64,000 nt of DNA, from contig OZ024747.1 of NCBI GenBank assembly GCA_964016885.1, positions 89,032,001-89,096,000 on the forward strand, written 5' to 3'. Of this stretch, positions 1 to 12,201 are shown piece after piece. The position numbers and the translations under genes were made by a program. The stretch comes from Eledone cirrhosa (taxonomy: Eukaryota). Under the pieces are notes generated by a model. That model made no database searches, was not told the DNA's origin, and saw nothing but the letters and a program-made list of their open reading frames with translations. Every line of letters begins with the position of its first letter. The stretch's first letter is position 1.

Positions 1-95
1 ACTTTTAACATCATTTTCAAGGAAATTCAGCATGACATGTGTGACAGAAGTAGAAACAATTATTATTATTAGTAGTAGTAGTATTATTAACATAA

Positions 96-695
96 GGTCG
101 GTGGATTGGCAGTATCGGTAGAGCGTCGGACACCCTGGTTCGTGGCATACAGTTAATGTCCTTTACTTTCTGAGTTCAAATCCTGCAGGGGTTAGCTTTG
201 CCTTTCATCCTTACGGGCCGATAAAATAAAGTATCAGTAACACACTGAGGTCGATTTAATCAACATCCCTTCCCCCAAAATTGTAAACCTTGTGCCTAAA
301 TCAGAAACAATTATTATTTTTGGATTGGCAGTATCTGTAGAGCATCAGACACCATGCTTTGCAGCACAGAGTTATGGCCCTTTGCGTTCGTTTTGAGTTA
401 AAATCCCGCCAAGGTTAACTTTGCCTTTCATCCTTACAGGGTCGATAAAGTAAAGTACCAGTAATGCACTGGGGTAATTGCTGGCCTTGTACCAAAAGTA
501 GAAATAATTATTATTATTAGGCAGTATCGGTAGAGGGTCGGACGCCATGCTTTCCAGCATAGTTACGTCCCTTTACGGTCTGAGTTCAAATCCTGTCAAT
601 GTTAACTTTGCCTTTCATCCTTGCGGGGTCAATAAAGTACCAGTAATGTACTGAGTAATTGCTGGCCTTGTGCCAAAAGTAGAAACAATTATTAT
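96..695 (+). mobile_element. Three head-to-tail copies of a tRNA-derived SINE with a Deu/Nin-like core (approx. 96-320, 321-519, 520-695)
   Basis: Each copy has an A-box-like TGGCAGTATCGGTAGAG, a B-box GAGTTCAAATCC, the core GCCTTTCATCCTTACGGGGTCGATAAAATAAAGTACCAG and an (ATT)n tail; more than 20 related copies occur in the window. Confidence 0.85.
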
Positions 696-720
696 CAATT
701 TCTTGTTCCCGAAAACTTAC

Positions 721-805
721 ATTCCTAGTCATTACATCATTTACTTTATTCTCAGCCTTCCTCTTGTTTAACTCTTTTTCTGATCACTTCTAAGTTACTG
801 TTAGG
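721..805 (-). other. Candidate internal exon (85 nt) of the minus-strand gene starting at ~12124
   Basis: Minus strand: pyrimidine-rich acceptor TTTTGTTTTATCCTATTATTTTATGCAG| and consensus donor AAT|GTAAGT. Phase-0 reading gives PNSNLEVIRKRVKQEEG*; no frame is open across all 85 nt. Confidence 0.45.
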
Positions 806-1329
806 CTGCATAAAATAATAGGATAAAACAAAATAAAACCAGTAATTACTGTTTGGGAGAAGTGTACAAATCTCAACCAACTGGCAAAATGCTTATTTAC
901 TATAATTATCACAGTTATTATCAAAATAATAAAATAAACCAAATGAAAGCAGAGCTTAAGATTGCTTGTACATTTTTTCTAAATCAATATGCAACAAGTG
1001 AAACTTGAAATATTAACGACATTCCAGATGTGTCAAAACTGTTATTTTACAAGCTTGTCATTAATTAAGAAGCTATGTTCTGAAAGGCATCATCCTTGAT
1101 CTGGGACAGTAACAGGTGGTGTTTGCATATGCAGATATCACCATCATCATCATGACCACGTCACAAGTTCACATGTCAAACAGAATGAATATGAAATGGT
1201 GACAGGAGCAGTGATTAACCCCCAAAAAAACTGATAAGCTTACAATTCAATATGTAGCTGGTAAACCAGGTCCATGTTAACTGGTACTACAGACTGAACG
1301 TTCAGTTATGTTACTTAGGAGTCTATCAT

Positions 1330-3905
1330 CATTTTATATTTGTTGATGCTTACATGGGTTGGATAGGTCTTCTGCAGCACAGCATCTCACTACATGTTAT
1401 AGCCCCCCCCCCCCTCCTATCAGCAGGTCAGCTTTCAACATTTCTTCTTCTCCCATTCATCCCTCTTTATTTATCATCCTCCATACACATTAGATGTCCA
1501 GACCACTTCACTCTTCTATCATACACACTATATCTCATTCCTCTTATACCCAATTTTTCTCTCAACTCACTTGTTCAGTCATTCATCATCATCATCTTTT
1601 TTACGTCCGTTTTTCCACACTTGCATGGGTTGGACGGGTCCCTTTCAGCACAATATCTCTCCATATGTCGCAACCCTTTGTCATCATCACTGTGAATTTC
1701 AGTGATTTGAGATCTGCTGTAACCACCACCCAGGTCTTCCTCTACTGCGGCTTCCTTCCACTGGAATTTCTTGGCACTTCTTCACCAAGTGATCACAATC
1801 CATGCACATCACATGTTCATACCAATACAGTCTTCTCTCTTCATTCATGCATACTAACATTAAACATGCAGTAGAACATACTTGGTCCATTTCTTTCCAG
1901 CTTCAACATATCTTCTGCTTCCAGTACAAAAGTTTCACTACCATACAACATAGCACTTCATACATTCATACACAAGCATCATATAATCAGCTTTTCACTT
2001 GGTGAGAGAATCATTTTGTTATCAGTAAAAGTAATGATTCCCTGAAATTTCTGAAGTCCATCCTTACTCTGGTAAATATGTTTTCGGAAAACCCACCTCC
2101 ACTGCTACTGTCATCCAGATATCTAGAAGTTATAAATTACTTCTAGGTAGCTCTTCCATCATTTGAAATAATTTATTTTATGAGTTATCTTACTGCTAAC
2201 AACTGCATTGCATCTGCCACATATGAAGTCTAACTTCAATGTCAGCATGCCTGTAATCCCACTACATCTCGTGTTCCCATACTTTACACTACATACACAA
2301 TATGGAATGCCAACCTCCTCCTTTTCTGTATTTAGAGCATGGCTACTTCCCAGATGACAAGAAAGTGATGTCTTCTTCCCTGCCAACATTTCTATCTTTC
2401 ATAGGTTTATTTTGAAATCTTTTGATTTTAAACTTCACTGCCACATTTGAAATTTCATCGCTGAATTTTTTTTTTGACAAATTCAACTACAAAAATTAGG
2501 TCATTGGCACACAGAAATTACCATAGACAACAACACATTTTAAGGCCATCTTCCTTGCTAAAGCAAGTGTCAGCCTTTCAGGACCCCACAACCCCACAAG
2601 CTTCTCCACTTTTCCTAATTATCAGCAATCCCCCCTTACCAATCATCTAGCTTTCATTTTCTCCTTTTTTTATTTTTTCATTTGGCCTTGAAAAGGGTTT
2701 CAAGACATGTAAAATAGACGTTACCATTAAACAGCTGCCTTAACCTTTTAGCATTTATGTTACTCTGTATATATTGTATTTTCATGGTAAAGGCTTTATC
2801 TCACATAATATCAAATCTATGAGATTTTGATATTATTTATTTTGAGAGCAATACCTTGAGTGGCCAGTTATGTCCTGTTTGAACAGAAAGAGGTAAGAGA
2901 ATTCTGGCCAGATACAACCGGTTTAAATGGTAGAGGGTTGATCTCCTCTGTTATGATTTAGAGTACTACAACAAACTGGATGGAGCTGAAAACCAAGCCA
3001 ATGGCATCTCTGTACACTTCTTTCACCAATCTCCCAAGCCACTCATCTACACCTAGTTTTCTTAGTGACTATAGAGCATGATACCCTGTCAAAAACCTTC
3101 TCCATGTCAATATATGCTGGTTTGCTGTTTACTAAGAAGTTCTGGAAGTTTCCCTTACTTGAAAAACAGCATCAGTAGCACCTCTTAGTGGCACACAAAC
3201 ACAAGATGGATTTCATCAATTTTTTTGTTGTTAATCTCATTACTTGGTCCTTCAGTTATGAGAATATAGTTGTATCTTTCTAGAGCATTTTTGTCACCAT
3301 CAGCTACTACAAGTAATCAATAAGTTTGTTTGTAATTCCTGTACTACTTTAATGACTATGTGAGTGACTCGTATGTTTCCTATATTGCCAGATACTTTCA
3401 ACATCTCAATGGTCTGGCTATTTTGTGTGCCTTCATATCCTAAATGGCCATCTAACTACGTAACTGTCAAATTCAGCAAGTTTCTATTGGATCTACTTGG
3501 AATAGACCTCCCTTTTTCTCTCTATCAAACAGACACACACATTCTATTCATTCAGTAAACTCAAGTAGCAGCATTTCCATGCCTCTTCTCAGTGTGTTGC
3601 TATCATTACATCCACACATCTTAGCAACAGCATCCACATTCATATAGTACCTCAATTCAAAGTACCTCACATCTCATGACACACAACACTGACAAACCCT
3701 TTACCTTTAACTCTCTCCTTACTAAATATATCTTGTCTTCTAGCTACCTGATATTTCTCCTTGCACCCCACTTTCTTATATTCTTTCCAGACTTGTCTCT
3801 ATCTAGCATATTGTTTCACCAATGTCACCTTCCATCTGGCTGGAACCTAGCTCTATCCACAGTTTGTTTTGGGGCAAGCAGACATAATTTGGACAAGATA
3901 AGGCC
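1330..3905 (-). mobile_element. Decayed RTE-clade LINE fragments (RT region and 3' end), interrupted by a MITE
   Basis: Minus-strand translations include EERRLYWYEHVM...VEGSRSRGRP and AYIDMEKVFDRV (DxEKAFD motif); 3' tail CCAACCCATGCAAGTGTGGAAAA followed by (GAT)n. Confidence 0.8.
2740..2941. mobile_element. MITE family 1 (~200 bp, TTAA-flanked, piggyBac-like)
   Basis: Ends TTAACCTTTTAGCATTTA ... TAAATGGTAGAGGGTTGA; internal sequence shared with five other copies in the window. Confidence 0.8.
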
Positions 3906-4006
3906 AGATATTGAATCTCAAATACAAACAGCTTGAGAAACCTGAGCAATAGAGACAATCAACCCCTTAGAAAACCTAGTTAATTGAGTGCCAGTGATTA
4001 GGAAAT

Positions 4007-4212
4007 TTAACCCTTTAGCATTTAAAATGGCCAGAATTCTTTCAATTCTTTCTGTTTAAACCAGCCATAATCAGCTGCTCATACCAATGTTAAGGTATTG
4101 TTCTCAAAATAAATAACATCAAAATCTCGTAGATTCGATATTACGTGAGACAAAGCCTTTACCACAAAAATACAATAGTAAATGTAGAGTAATGTAAATG
4201 CTAAAGGGTTAT
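4007..4212. mobile_element. MITE family 1
   Basis: TTAA-CCCTTTAGCATTTA ... TAAATGCTAAAGGG-TTAT terminal inverted repeats. Confidence 0.85.
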
Positions 4213-4528
4213 CTCCTTCCAGCTTCAGTCACTGTTCTCTCAAAGCTGTACATGTGTACAATCATTTTGAAAACAGTATTCAAGGAAAATTAATGTGCAA
4301 ACAAAAATAAATAACATCAAAATCTCGTAGATTCAATATTATGTGAGACAATTATGTAAGATAAAGTGATTACTACAAAAATACAATAGTAAATATAGAG
4401 TATTGTAAATGCTAAATGGTGAACTCCTCCCAGCTTCACAAGAGTTTCAGTCACCGTTCTCTCTAAGCTGTGCATGTGCACACTCATATTGAAACCAGTA
4501 CTCAAGGAAAATTAATGTGCAAACAAAA
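4106..4528. repeat. Imperfect tandem duplication (~200-220 bp) of half a MITE plus its flank
   Basis: AAAATAAATAACATCAAAATCTCGTAGATTC ... CAAGGAAAATTAATGTGCAAACAAAA occurs twice in direct orientation. Confidence 0.85.
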
Positions 4529-5084
4529 GATTAGTTTCTTAGTAATTATACCTATCATGCACTCAATGCAGGCTTAATTTTGCACAACATAAGATTTATG
4601 CATGCACTGACTATTAAAGGATAGAAGGAATATTGGTTTCAATGTATTCTGGCAGAATATACAGAGGGAGAGAAAGCAAAATGGAGAGCAGATGTAATCA
4701 TTATTCCTAAGAAATATTTTCAATAGCTGAACATTTTGAACACTTGCTACAGTCATAGTTCAGTCAAGTGAAGATTAAAGATATAGAATCTGGAATATAG
4801 TGAAATTTTCAAAGCCTGTCACTTGTGTGTATGTGTGTGAGTGTGTGCAAATATATATATATATCATCGCCATTGTTTAACCTCCATCTTCAACGCTGCC
4901 ATGGGTAGAGGAGGAGGCTGTTTATATTTATCTAAAAACCTATCATAATTTTTATGTAAGCATCTTTAAAATGTTTTACCTTAATAATGAAAAGGTTATA
5001 ATAATTATACTAATTTTAATTAGTATAATTACTATATAATAATGAAAAGGTTAGTTATATTACTTCATCCCTCCAGATATTTCT

Positions 5085-5570
5085 TCTTCTTTGCCCACTT
5101 ATTCCTGAGAGGATCGTGGGGGCAGTCCTCAAATGCTCCTTCCAGTGGGCCCTGTCAAAAATAACCGTCTCCAACTGATCTGGCTGGACCAGCCTAGTTC
5201 ATGGATGTTATCTAACCATCTTGCTCGGGGTCTACCCCTGGGTCTCCTGCCAGCTGGTTTTGCCCGTAAAATCTGTCCAGTGATTCTTTCCTGAGACATT
5301 CTAACCACATGTCCATAGTATCAGAGCTGTGATCTCTCAATTCGGAGAAGTAGCAGCTCTACCTGGAGCAACTCTCTGATCTCATAGTTACACACTCTAA
5401 CATTACCCTGAAGACCCTTTGGAGGAACCCAATTTCAGCTGCTTCTATTCGCGATCATATTCTTTTGGTCATTACCCAAGATTCATGACCATAGATAAGG
5501 GTTGGCATGAATACCGAATTGAAGATAGCAAGTTGGGCTTTTACACTACCTCCCTTCTTCTGATTACCAA
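5085..5570 (-). mobile_element. RTE LINE 3' fragment (second family)
   Basis: Minus translation LIYGHESWVMTK ... YGHVVRMSQE ... GRRPRGRPRARWLD; (GAA)n tail; homologous to 12560-13960 and 29710-30600. Confidence 0.85.
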
Positions 5571-5919
5571 TTGGAAATCTTAGGCTATGTCTTCCATTTG
5601 AAATATGATAAACGGGTTAATCAACAATGGCGGTGTCCCAGCATGGCCCCTTGGCTGGAGCACATGATAAAATAATAGTCTCTTGCTGTATTTTATCATT
5701 TCAAAAAGTACCTTTAAGATTTGAACACACTATAGAGAGATATTTGTCTGAACACACTATAGAGAGATATTTGTCTGGATATGTTGAACTTCCAGTTCAA
5801 CATATTTGTCTTTTTGCCAAAACCACCACCCTAATAGTTGTAGTAGTAGCAGCAGCAGCAGCAGCAATTTCTTGTGACATTCTCAATAGTTTTTTGTATA
5901 AAAGTTGTACAGTGAAAGA

Positions 5920-6750
5920 GAGTCTCTATGAAGGAGGTACTGGGCTCAAAGTGTAAAAGAGTGTTTACCATGGGAGTTACTGTACACAGATTGCCTGCTG
6001 TTAATAGTATTATGTAGATAAACTGAGGGAGAAGATTAAATGTATGATATACATTGGGTGGGTACATTGATTAAATAATGTGACGACAGCTATAGCTACA
6101 ATCAAGTGTAAGATGTGTGTGGAGGGAGCTACAGATGGAGAAGATATTGAGCTGGAGTTTCGGAATGGTGTGAAGATGGAAGTTGTGAAAATGTTTTGTT
6201 ACCTTGGAGACATATTCAATGTGACAGTATCTAGAGTAAGATGTGCATAGAAGAAGTTCTAGGATCTGAGTAGTAAGCTAATGAAAAAGGGACTACTGCT
6301 GAAACTGAAGGGAAAGGTGTATGTTGTATGTGTGAGAAGGGATTTGATTTATAGGAGCAAGACATGGGTGACGAATATGGAGCAACAGAGAAGGCTGGAA
6401 AAAGCGTAAATGAGAATGGTGGATATGTGGAGTATCACCGAGAGAGAGTGAGAGAAGACAATGTATTGCAGAGGATGATGGGAATAGAACTAGTGATGAA
6501 TGCTGTGAAGAGAAATGGAATGAGATGCCTGTGTCATGTGTTGAGAAAAGCTGAAAGTGACTAGGTTAGAGGTATGATGGAAATGAATGTGGAAGTAAAT
6601 ACAGGAAGACAAAGTCATGGCGTAAAGATGAAGGAAGAAATGAAAATTGGTGATGAACGGAAGGGCAAACAATAGGACAAAATGGAGAAGCTTGTCATGG
6701 AGCCTGCAAGGCTAACCCCTGCTTTATCAGGGAAAATGACATTAAAATAC
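5920..6750 (+). mobile_element. Decayed RTE LINE C-terminal fragment (third family)
   Basis: Plus translation EVVKMFCYLGDIF, LKLKGKVYVVCVR, RNGMRCLCHVLRK with stops and frameshifts. Confidence 0.75.
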
Positions 6751-6768
6751 CTCTTGTGTTGTTGTTGT

Positions 6769-7090
6769 GAAGGCACATAGCTTAATGGTTAGAGCATTGG
6801 GGCTTGCAATTGGAAAGTTGTGAGTTCAATTCTTGGACCAGTTGATGCATTGTGTCCTTGAGCAAGACACTTTATTTCCCATTGCTCCAATTTATTCAGC
6901 TGTAGAAATGAGTTGCAACATCACTGGTGCCAAGTTGTATCATCCATTGCCTTTCGATGGCGTGGAGAGGAGAGACTGGTATGCATGGGTGACTGCTGGT
7001 CTTCCATAAACCTTGCCTTGACTTGTACCTCGGAGGGGGACTTTCAAGGTTCAAATACGATGGTCATTCGTGACCAAAGGGGGTCTTTAC
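6769..7090 (+). mobile_element. tRNA-derived SINE with CORE/Meta-like central domain
   Basis: tRNA-like head (TAGCTTAATGGTTAGAGC ... GAGTTCAATTC) followed by TTGTGTCCTTGAGCAAGACACTTTATTTC; relatives at ~21235, 22075, 25988, 27670, 32283 and 58770. Confidence 0.75.
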
Positions 7091-7819
7091 TTTATGTTGA
7101 GGAGTGTAAGCTTGGAGTAGAGGTAGTAGCTTTCATGCCTGACAGCTGCACTCTTTGGGAGTGGATAGGCTCACAAGCCCTCATCCAACCCTGTAGACTA
7201 CTTCAGCTGGCAGGTGGCATAACATGAGCGAGGTGATGTTGATGCCACATTACTGGATGGGATCAATGACCAAAGCAAACTACATAGTTGAAAGATGTTA
7301 GCCGTAGTCAAGCCCAGAGAAATACGGGCGATAGTTACCAAAGATATGTTGCTCAGTGTCCCCACGACCCTAGAGGGTCAAGGTAAAATTGAAGCGATAT
7401 AGATCTGATCAAAGGAACCCCTGCATAATCAAATTACTGTTATTTTCTTTACAAACCAATTAATCTCTTACATTATTTTATATTTAGTAAACTGTATACA
7501 TGTTTAGCAATGAAGACTTCTTGTGACCTTGGCCCTAGAGCCACCATCAGCATAGAGTTGGCTATTTGCAGGTGTGAGCCTTGCAAGCTGGAATGGATCT
7601 TCCAATACGTCTCCCTCATCATCTTCCAGGGAAATGCCTTCTCTATTCTGTCTGCCAGGTGGCCAGTGAATGGGCCCCTATTTTCTCATAACAGTGAGAG
7701 ATGGAGAGAGCAGGAGAGATGGGGGAAGAGAATGTGGGAGTTTGGGTCCTTTGTGTTTGCACCCTATTGTATATGTTTCACAGACACACACTCACACGTA
7801 TGGGATTCCTAATAATGTT

Positions 7820-10015
7820 CTTGTTGTTTAACCCCTGGTAAACTCTGGTTGAGCTCACATTATGATTCCAGCCATAATGACATTTTTTTTCCTGGTATCA
7901 TTATGAACCCTCTTTTTTTGAATGGGATAGGTGGGATGTTCTCAGAAGGAATATGGTTGTTATTTCTAGCAGACCGAACGGCCATATAAGAGACTCGTTG
8001 GTTGTCTCATGAAGTATTTCCACTCAATAACTAGTACGAATTTATAGTGAAGCTCCTCTTATAGTTTCATAATGACTATTTTAAGCAACGTTTTTTTTTT
8101 CTCCTCAATATTCTATTCTTAAAGAGATATTTTACATTTCCAGTCATAATATTGATTTCTAACATAAGCAGAAAAGCGCAAGTTTGGGGGGTGGATATAC
8201 TCCAGTATTTTAGTTGCAAAGTTGACCCTAAATAGCCGGAACTAAATATTGTGAGATCTTTTGTCCGACGCTCTAACGATTCTGCTAATCCAGCATAAAA
8301 TAACAAAACACAAGGCCACTATATTTGGGGGGAGGGGGTGAAGGTCTTAGTCGATTAAATTGACTTCAGTGCTCGACTAATACTTTATTTTATCCACCCC
8401 AGAAGGATGAAGGGTAAAGTTGACCTCGGTGCGATTTGAACAGAGGACAATAAAAACCGGAACAAATATTACCAAGTATTTTTGCCGACACACATTCTGC
8501 CAAACCACCACCCTTAAAAATGATAATAATAATTATTATTATTATTATTTCTACTTTAGGCACAAGGTCAGCAATTTGAAGAGAAGTAGAAAGTCGATTA
8601 AATCGACTCCAGTGCGTTACTGCTACTTTATTTTACTGAGCGTGGTTTCTGATTTAGGCACAAGGTCAGCAATTTAGGGGAAGGAATGAAACTTAATTGG
8701 TACTTTTATTTTATCGACCCAGGAAGAATGTAAGGCAAAGATGACCTCGACGAGTAAAAAAAACTGTAACAACAACAATAAACACGAGAAGTTTTAAAAA
8801 AATTCCCTTATCTTAAAGTGTCCCATTATTTTGAAAAATAAAACAATAATCACAGCAAGAAAAAATAACCATAAAAACTAAGTACGACACATTCACTTTC
8901 TTTTTAGAGATGTTTACAACTGAAGACGTGAAGTTGACAACAAATTTGTCGTTAAAATCAAGTTGAGCCATGACATTTGCAATATATGTGAGAAATATTT
9001 TCTAAAAAAATCATAACGAGTCAAAACTATTATACAAACAACCAATTAAGAATATCTGCATCAGAAACCATACAAGTTTGTGAAAACATCTTCATATTCA
9101 AATAAGAACCTTTCGGATACAAGAGAGCATCTTACGTGGTCGTTCGACCTGCTAGAAATAGCATCCAAATGTCCTATAAATCACAAAACAAAAGGAAAGG
9201 CATATTGAACAATGTAGTCTCTGAAATACTAAAAAGATGAGGATGTTCACGACAGGAACGTCTTTGATCATACGTGTTGTGATTGATAAGAACGAAACAA
9301 TAATTAAAATGATAGTGAAATTGACGACTTCATATTGAGCAAGAAAGCCAACTATAGAACATGTAAAATAGTTTGAACGACAACAGTATAAAGCTGGTAT
9401 TTATTCACTCGACACTGGCGAGATGAAAACGCAATCGCGAGAGAAAAGCAAATGCATTGAGTCTGATCCACTGATGTCTCGACTACAATAATAACAAAAG
9501 CAAAACCATGATTCATCCGACAAGGTTCCCATTTCGAGGTCACAGGCAATTGTCAAATTTAGATCGAATATTTTGGAACATAATGGATCATAGAAAGCGA
9601 GAAAAAAAAAACAACTTTAAGCGAAATAGTTAAATAGAAAACTGAAAATGGTTCAATATGTAGCAGCAGTGTTATTGAGTTATAAAACACCAGACATAAA
9701 CAATTATGTTAACGCTTTAAATACACAAATACAGTTAAAATCACGGCAAGTGTTATTGTTATCGTTTAGCCCCAGGATAAAACCGAACGAGTAGATTTAT
9801 GATCAAAGTTAGGACTATCCTGTCTTTATAAACAAAACAAAAATGATAAGATTACATTATCCAATACGTTCTTCCCATTTTCAAGAGAGTTGAATGTGAT
9901 TTGAGAAAGATATGGCTGCTGTTTTTAGCAGGTCTAGTGACCGCTTAGGGGCTCCATAAGATGGTTCGCATCAACAAGGTAGTTTACTAGGTAGGTGTTA
10001 TGTGTATGTTAGTGA

Positions 10016-10061
<46 letters not shown>

Positions 10062-10880
10062 AACATATGTTGTGAAACTCAAAATAGTACTTAAGAATTT
10101 AAGGAGGGGGGAGGAGAAATAAGTAAAATTCATTAAGAAGTGTGAGTCAAAATAATTGAATATATCGGTCAAATTATATACAAGAAGTCAAAACAATAAC
10201 AACAGGGACAACGACGATGTTATTTGGTCCACAAAAACTAAAGAAAATTATTTAAAACTGTAAAAGTCTTTCTTTAGTCTTGTAAATTGTGTTCTAAGGA
10301 TATATATATAAGTTCGATTAATCACCACCTCAAATGGATTACAATAAACACGATATACACACGGAATATAACTAGCAAAAGAAAATTATAAAGGTTAAAA
10401 GAAATCCTATAATATATTCTTATAAATAGAATAAATAAACAAATGTGCCAATGCTTTTTTTTTTATTTTAGTCATGACAACAGTGTGTAAAAATAAAGGA
10501 ACATGAACAGAATAAGATGTTGACTATATATATATATATATATATGATGACTAGGTACTATTTAAGAAAACACTTGTCAGTATGTGAATATTGTCTTTGG
10601 TGACAGTCACGTCGGAAGATTGATAAGCAAAACAAGCGTTATGGTGGTTGTGGTAGTGAAAAACAATAATAGCTAGTTAAAAACGAAAAAAAAACCAACT
10701 CCAACAAGCGCTGCAAAAACCAATGAGATGGGTCATGTCACCTGCTAGAAGTAGCAGTGGAATCACCCTTAAATTATTTCCTCGTGGAAAGGCAAAGGAT
10801 AAAATGATGGGATGGCCATGACTAGAATACCTATAAATATAAATCTGCTGGAGAAAGGTTGACCTGGGGGATAAACAATA
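7820..10880. repeat. Multiple copies of a ~180-bp dispersed repeat (GACCTGCTAGAAATAGCAGCCAAAT family), mixed with SINE fragments at 8150-8790
   Basis: Copies at ~7820-8010(-), 9120-9300(+), 9755-9960(-) and 10725-10880(+); further copies at ~22015, 25543, 31080, 31930, 47715, 60585, 61120 and 61965. Confidence 0.7.
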
Positions 10881-12073
10881 AGAAGCACAGAAGTAACGAA
10901 AGCAAACAAATAAATGAGAGAGAGAGAGAGAACAGAAGTGAAATTAACAACAGTTTGAAACAAAAGTATGACAATAAAGGCCACACTATTATATATCAAT
11001 GAAAGTTTAGCTAAGAATGTGCTGTATAAATTCTACATTTTGATGAACGTGCCATATACACACGTATGTATGTATATATATAATACTGAAACGAAGCTAT
11101 CGATTAAGACCGATACACATGTATACATGTGTATATGTATGTGTGTGTGTATATATATATATATATATACATACAAATACGTGTGTATGCATGTTTATAT
11201 GTTGGTTGTGACTATACAGGAGCACTGCCAAGCAAAGGGAAGGTATTATAGAAAAGTAAAGGGAAAACAGCCTGAAATACAACTCTAGTACTATCAGACA
11301 AGTGACTTACTATCTCACAAAACCTACGATTTGATAGGTTTCTTATTTACTGTGGATTTACTAATAGTAATTATAAATGGTCCAGTGTGTCTGCGTGCTA
11401 TTTGTTCCCTTGATGTGAAAGAACAGCCATATAAAAGGGATACACGCAATGGGATAATGATAACACTAAATATTTTAATATTTCTAATTCTACATTGTAA
11501 ATATAATACAACAGAATGCAAGATAATCGAAGCAAGCATGTTTTTCCTTGCTGATTTACACACACACACTCATATATATATATACTAGAGTTTATATATA
11601 TAAATACATAAACTCTAGTAATAGACCAATAGTTGGATTAAATAATTTAGCAAAATACAAAAACATGACTAGTTAAGTTGGTAATACATACAGAGAAAAA
11701 GCAAGGATCCACGAGAATGAATTTCAGAAACAATAATATTTTTACGTATTAGGTAACTGTTTCTACTCCTCAAAATGCATAGTCTTTTGTCAACTGGGGT
11801 AAAAGATTCAGTATATTTTGTCAACTACAAAAAAGGGATAGTTTATTTTCTAATGGGCAAATTGGGTCCCCCGCCACACACACACACAAAAGAGCGGTAC
11901 TGAATGAGAGAAGGGAAACGATTAATAAAGAGGAAAACACGTCTCCAATGTATAGTATCAACTGTGTTGTCGAGCGTACAATATCACTTATAGTAAGTAA
12001 AGGACCAGACAGAAGCCTCTTGGTCACTTTCATACACCTTTATAGTTGCAAAAGTAATAAGAAAAGTACAAAC

Positions 12074-12124
12074 CTGGACCTTTTTTTTCCCCTGACCGGC
12101 GGACGGTCGGTGGTGAGTGGCCAT
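12074..12124 (-). CDS. Probable first coding exon of an unidentified gene: MATHHRPSAGQGKKKVQ
   Basis: Strong Kozak context AAACATC-ATG-G; 17 open codons ending in phase 0 at CAG|GTTTGT followed by a T-rich intron start; locally GC/CpG-rich and non-repetitive; CRE sites directly upstream. Confidence 0.6.
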
Positions 12125-12144
12125 GATGTTTTGAGCTGCAGCAG

Positions 12145-12201
12145 TGACGTCATCAGAATATGCGTAGTTTTTTAGTGCAATCAACATATACCCTGACGTA
12201 A
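12145..12201 (-). promoter_or_regulatory. Promoter-proximal CRE/ATF sites
   Basis: Perfect palindromic TGACGTCA at 12145-12152 and variant TGACGTAA at 12194-12201, 21-77 nt upstream of the ATG. Confidence 0.55.

Noticed and set aside
96-190. tRNA genes at SINE heads (also ~6769 and ~21240)
   Set aside because: A/B boxes are present but there is no closed cloverleaf, and they continue into SINE cores.
4551-4648. Minus-strand exon candidate (..TGCCAG| ... AG|GTATAA)
   Set aside because: Stops in all three frames and a weak donor; cannot be supported without RNA data.
7500-7680. Helitron/PIF1 helicase motif VI (QLYVALSR-like)
   Set aside because: Only QLY..SRAK matches, with wrong spacing and no other helicase motifs.
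11583-11620. 13-bp hairpin TACTAGAGTTTAT/ATAAACTCTAGTA
   Set aside because: Short, embedded in (TA)n, and consistent with a local template-switch artefact; no function inferable.
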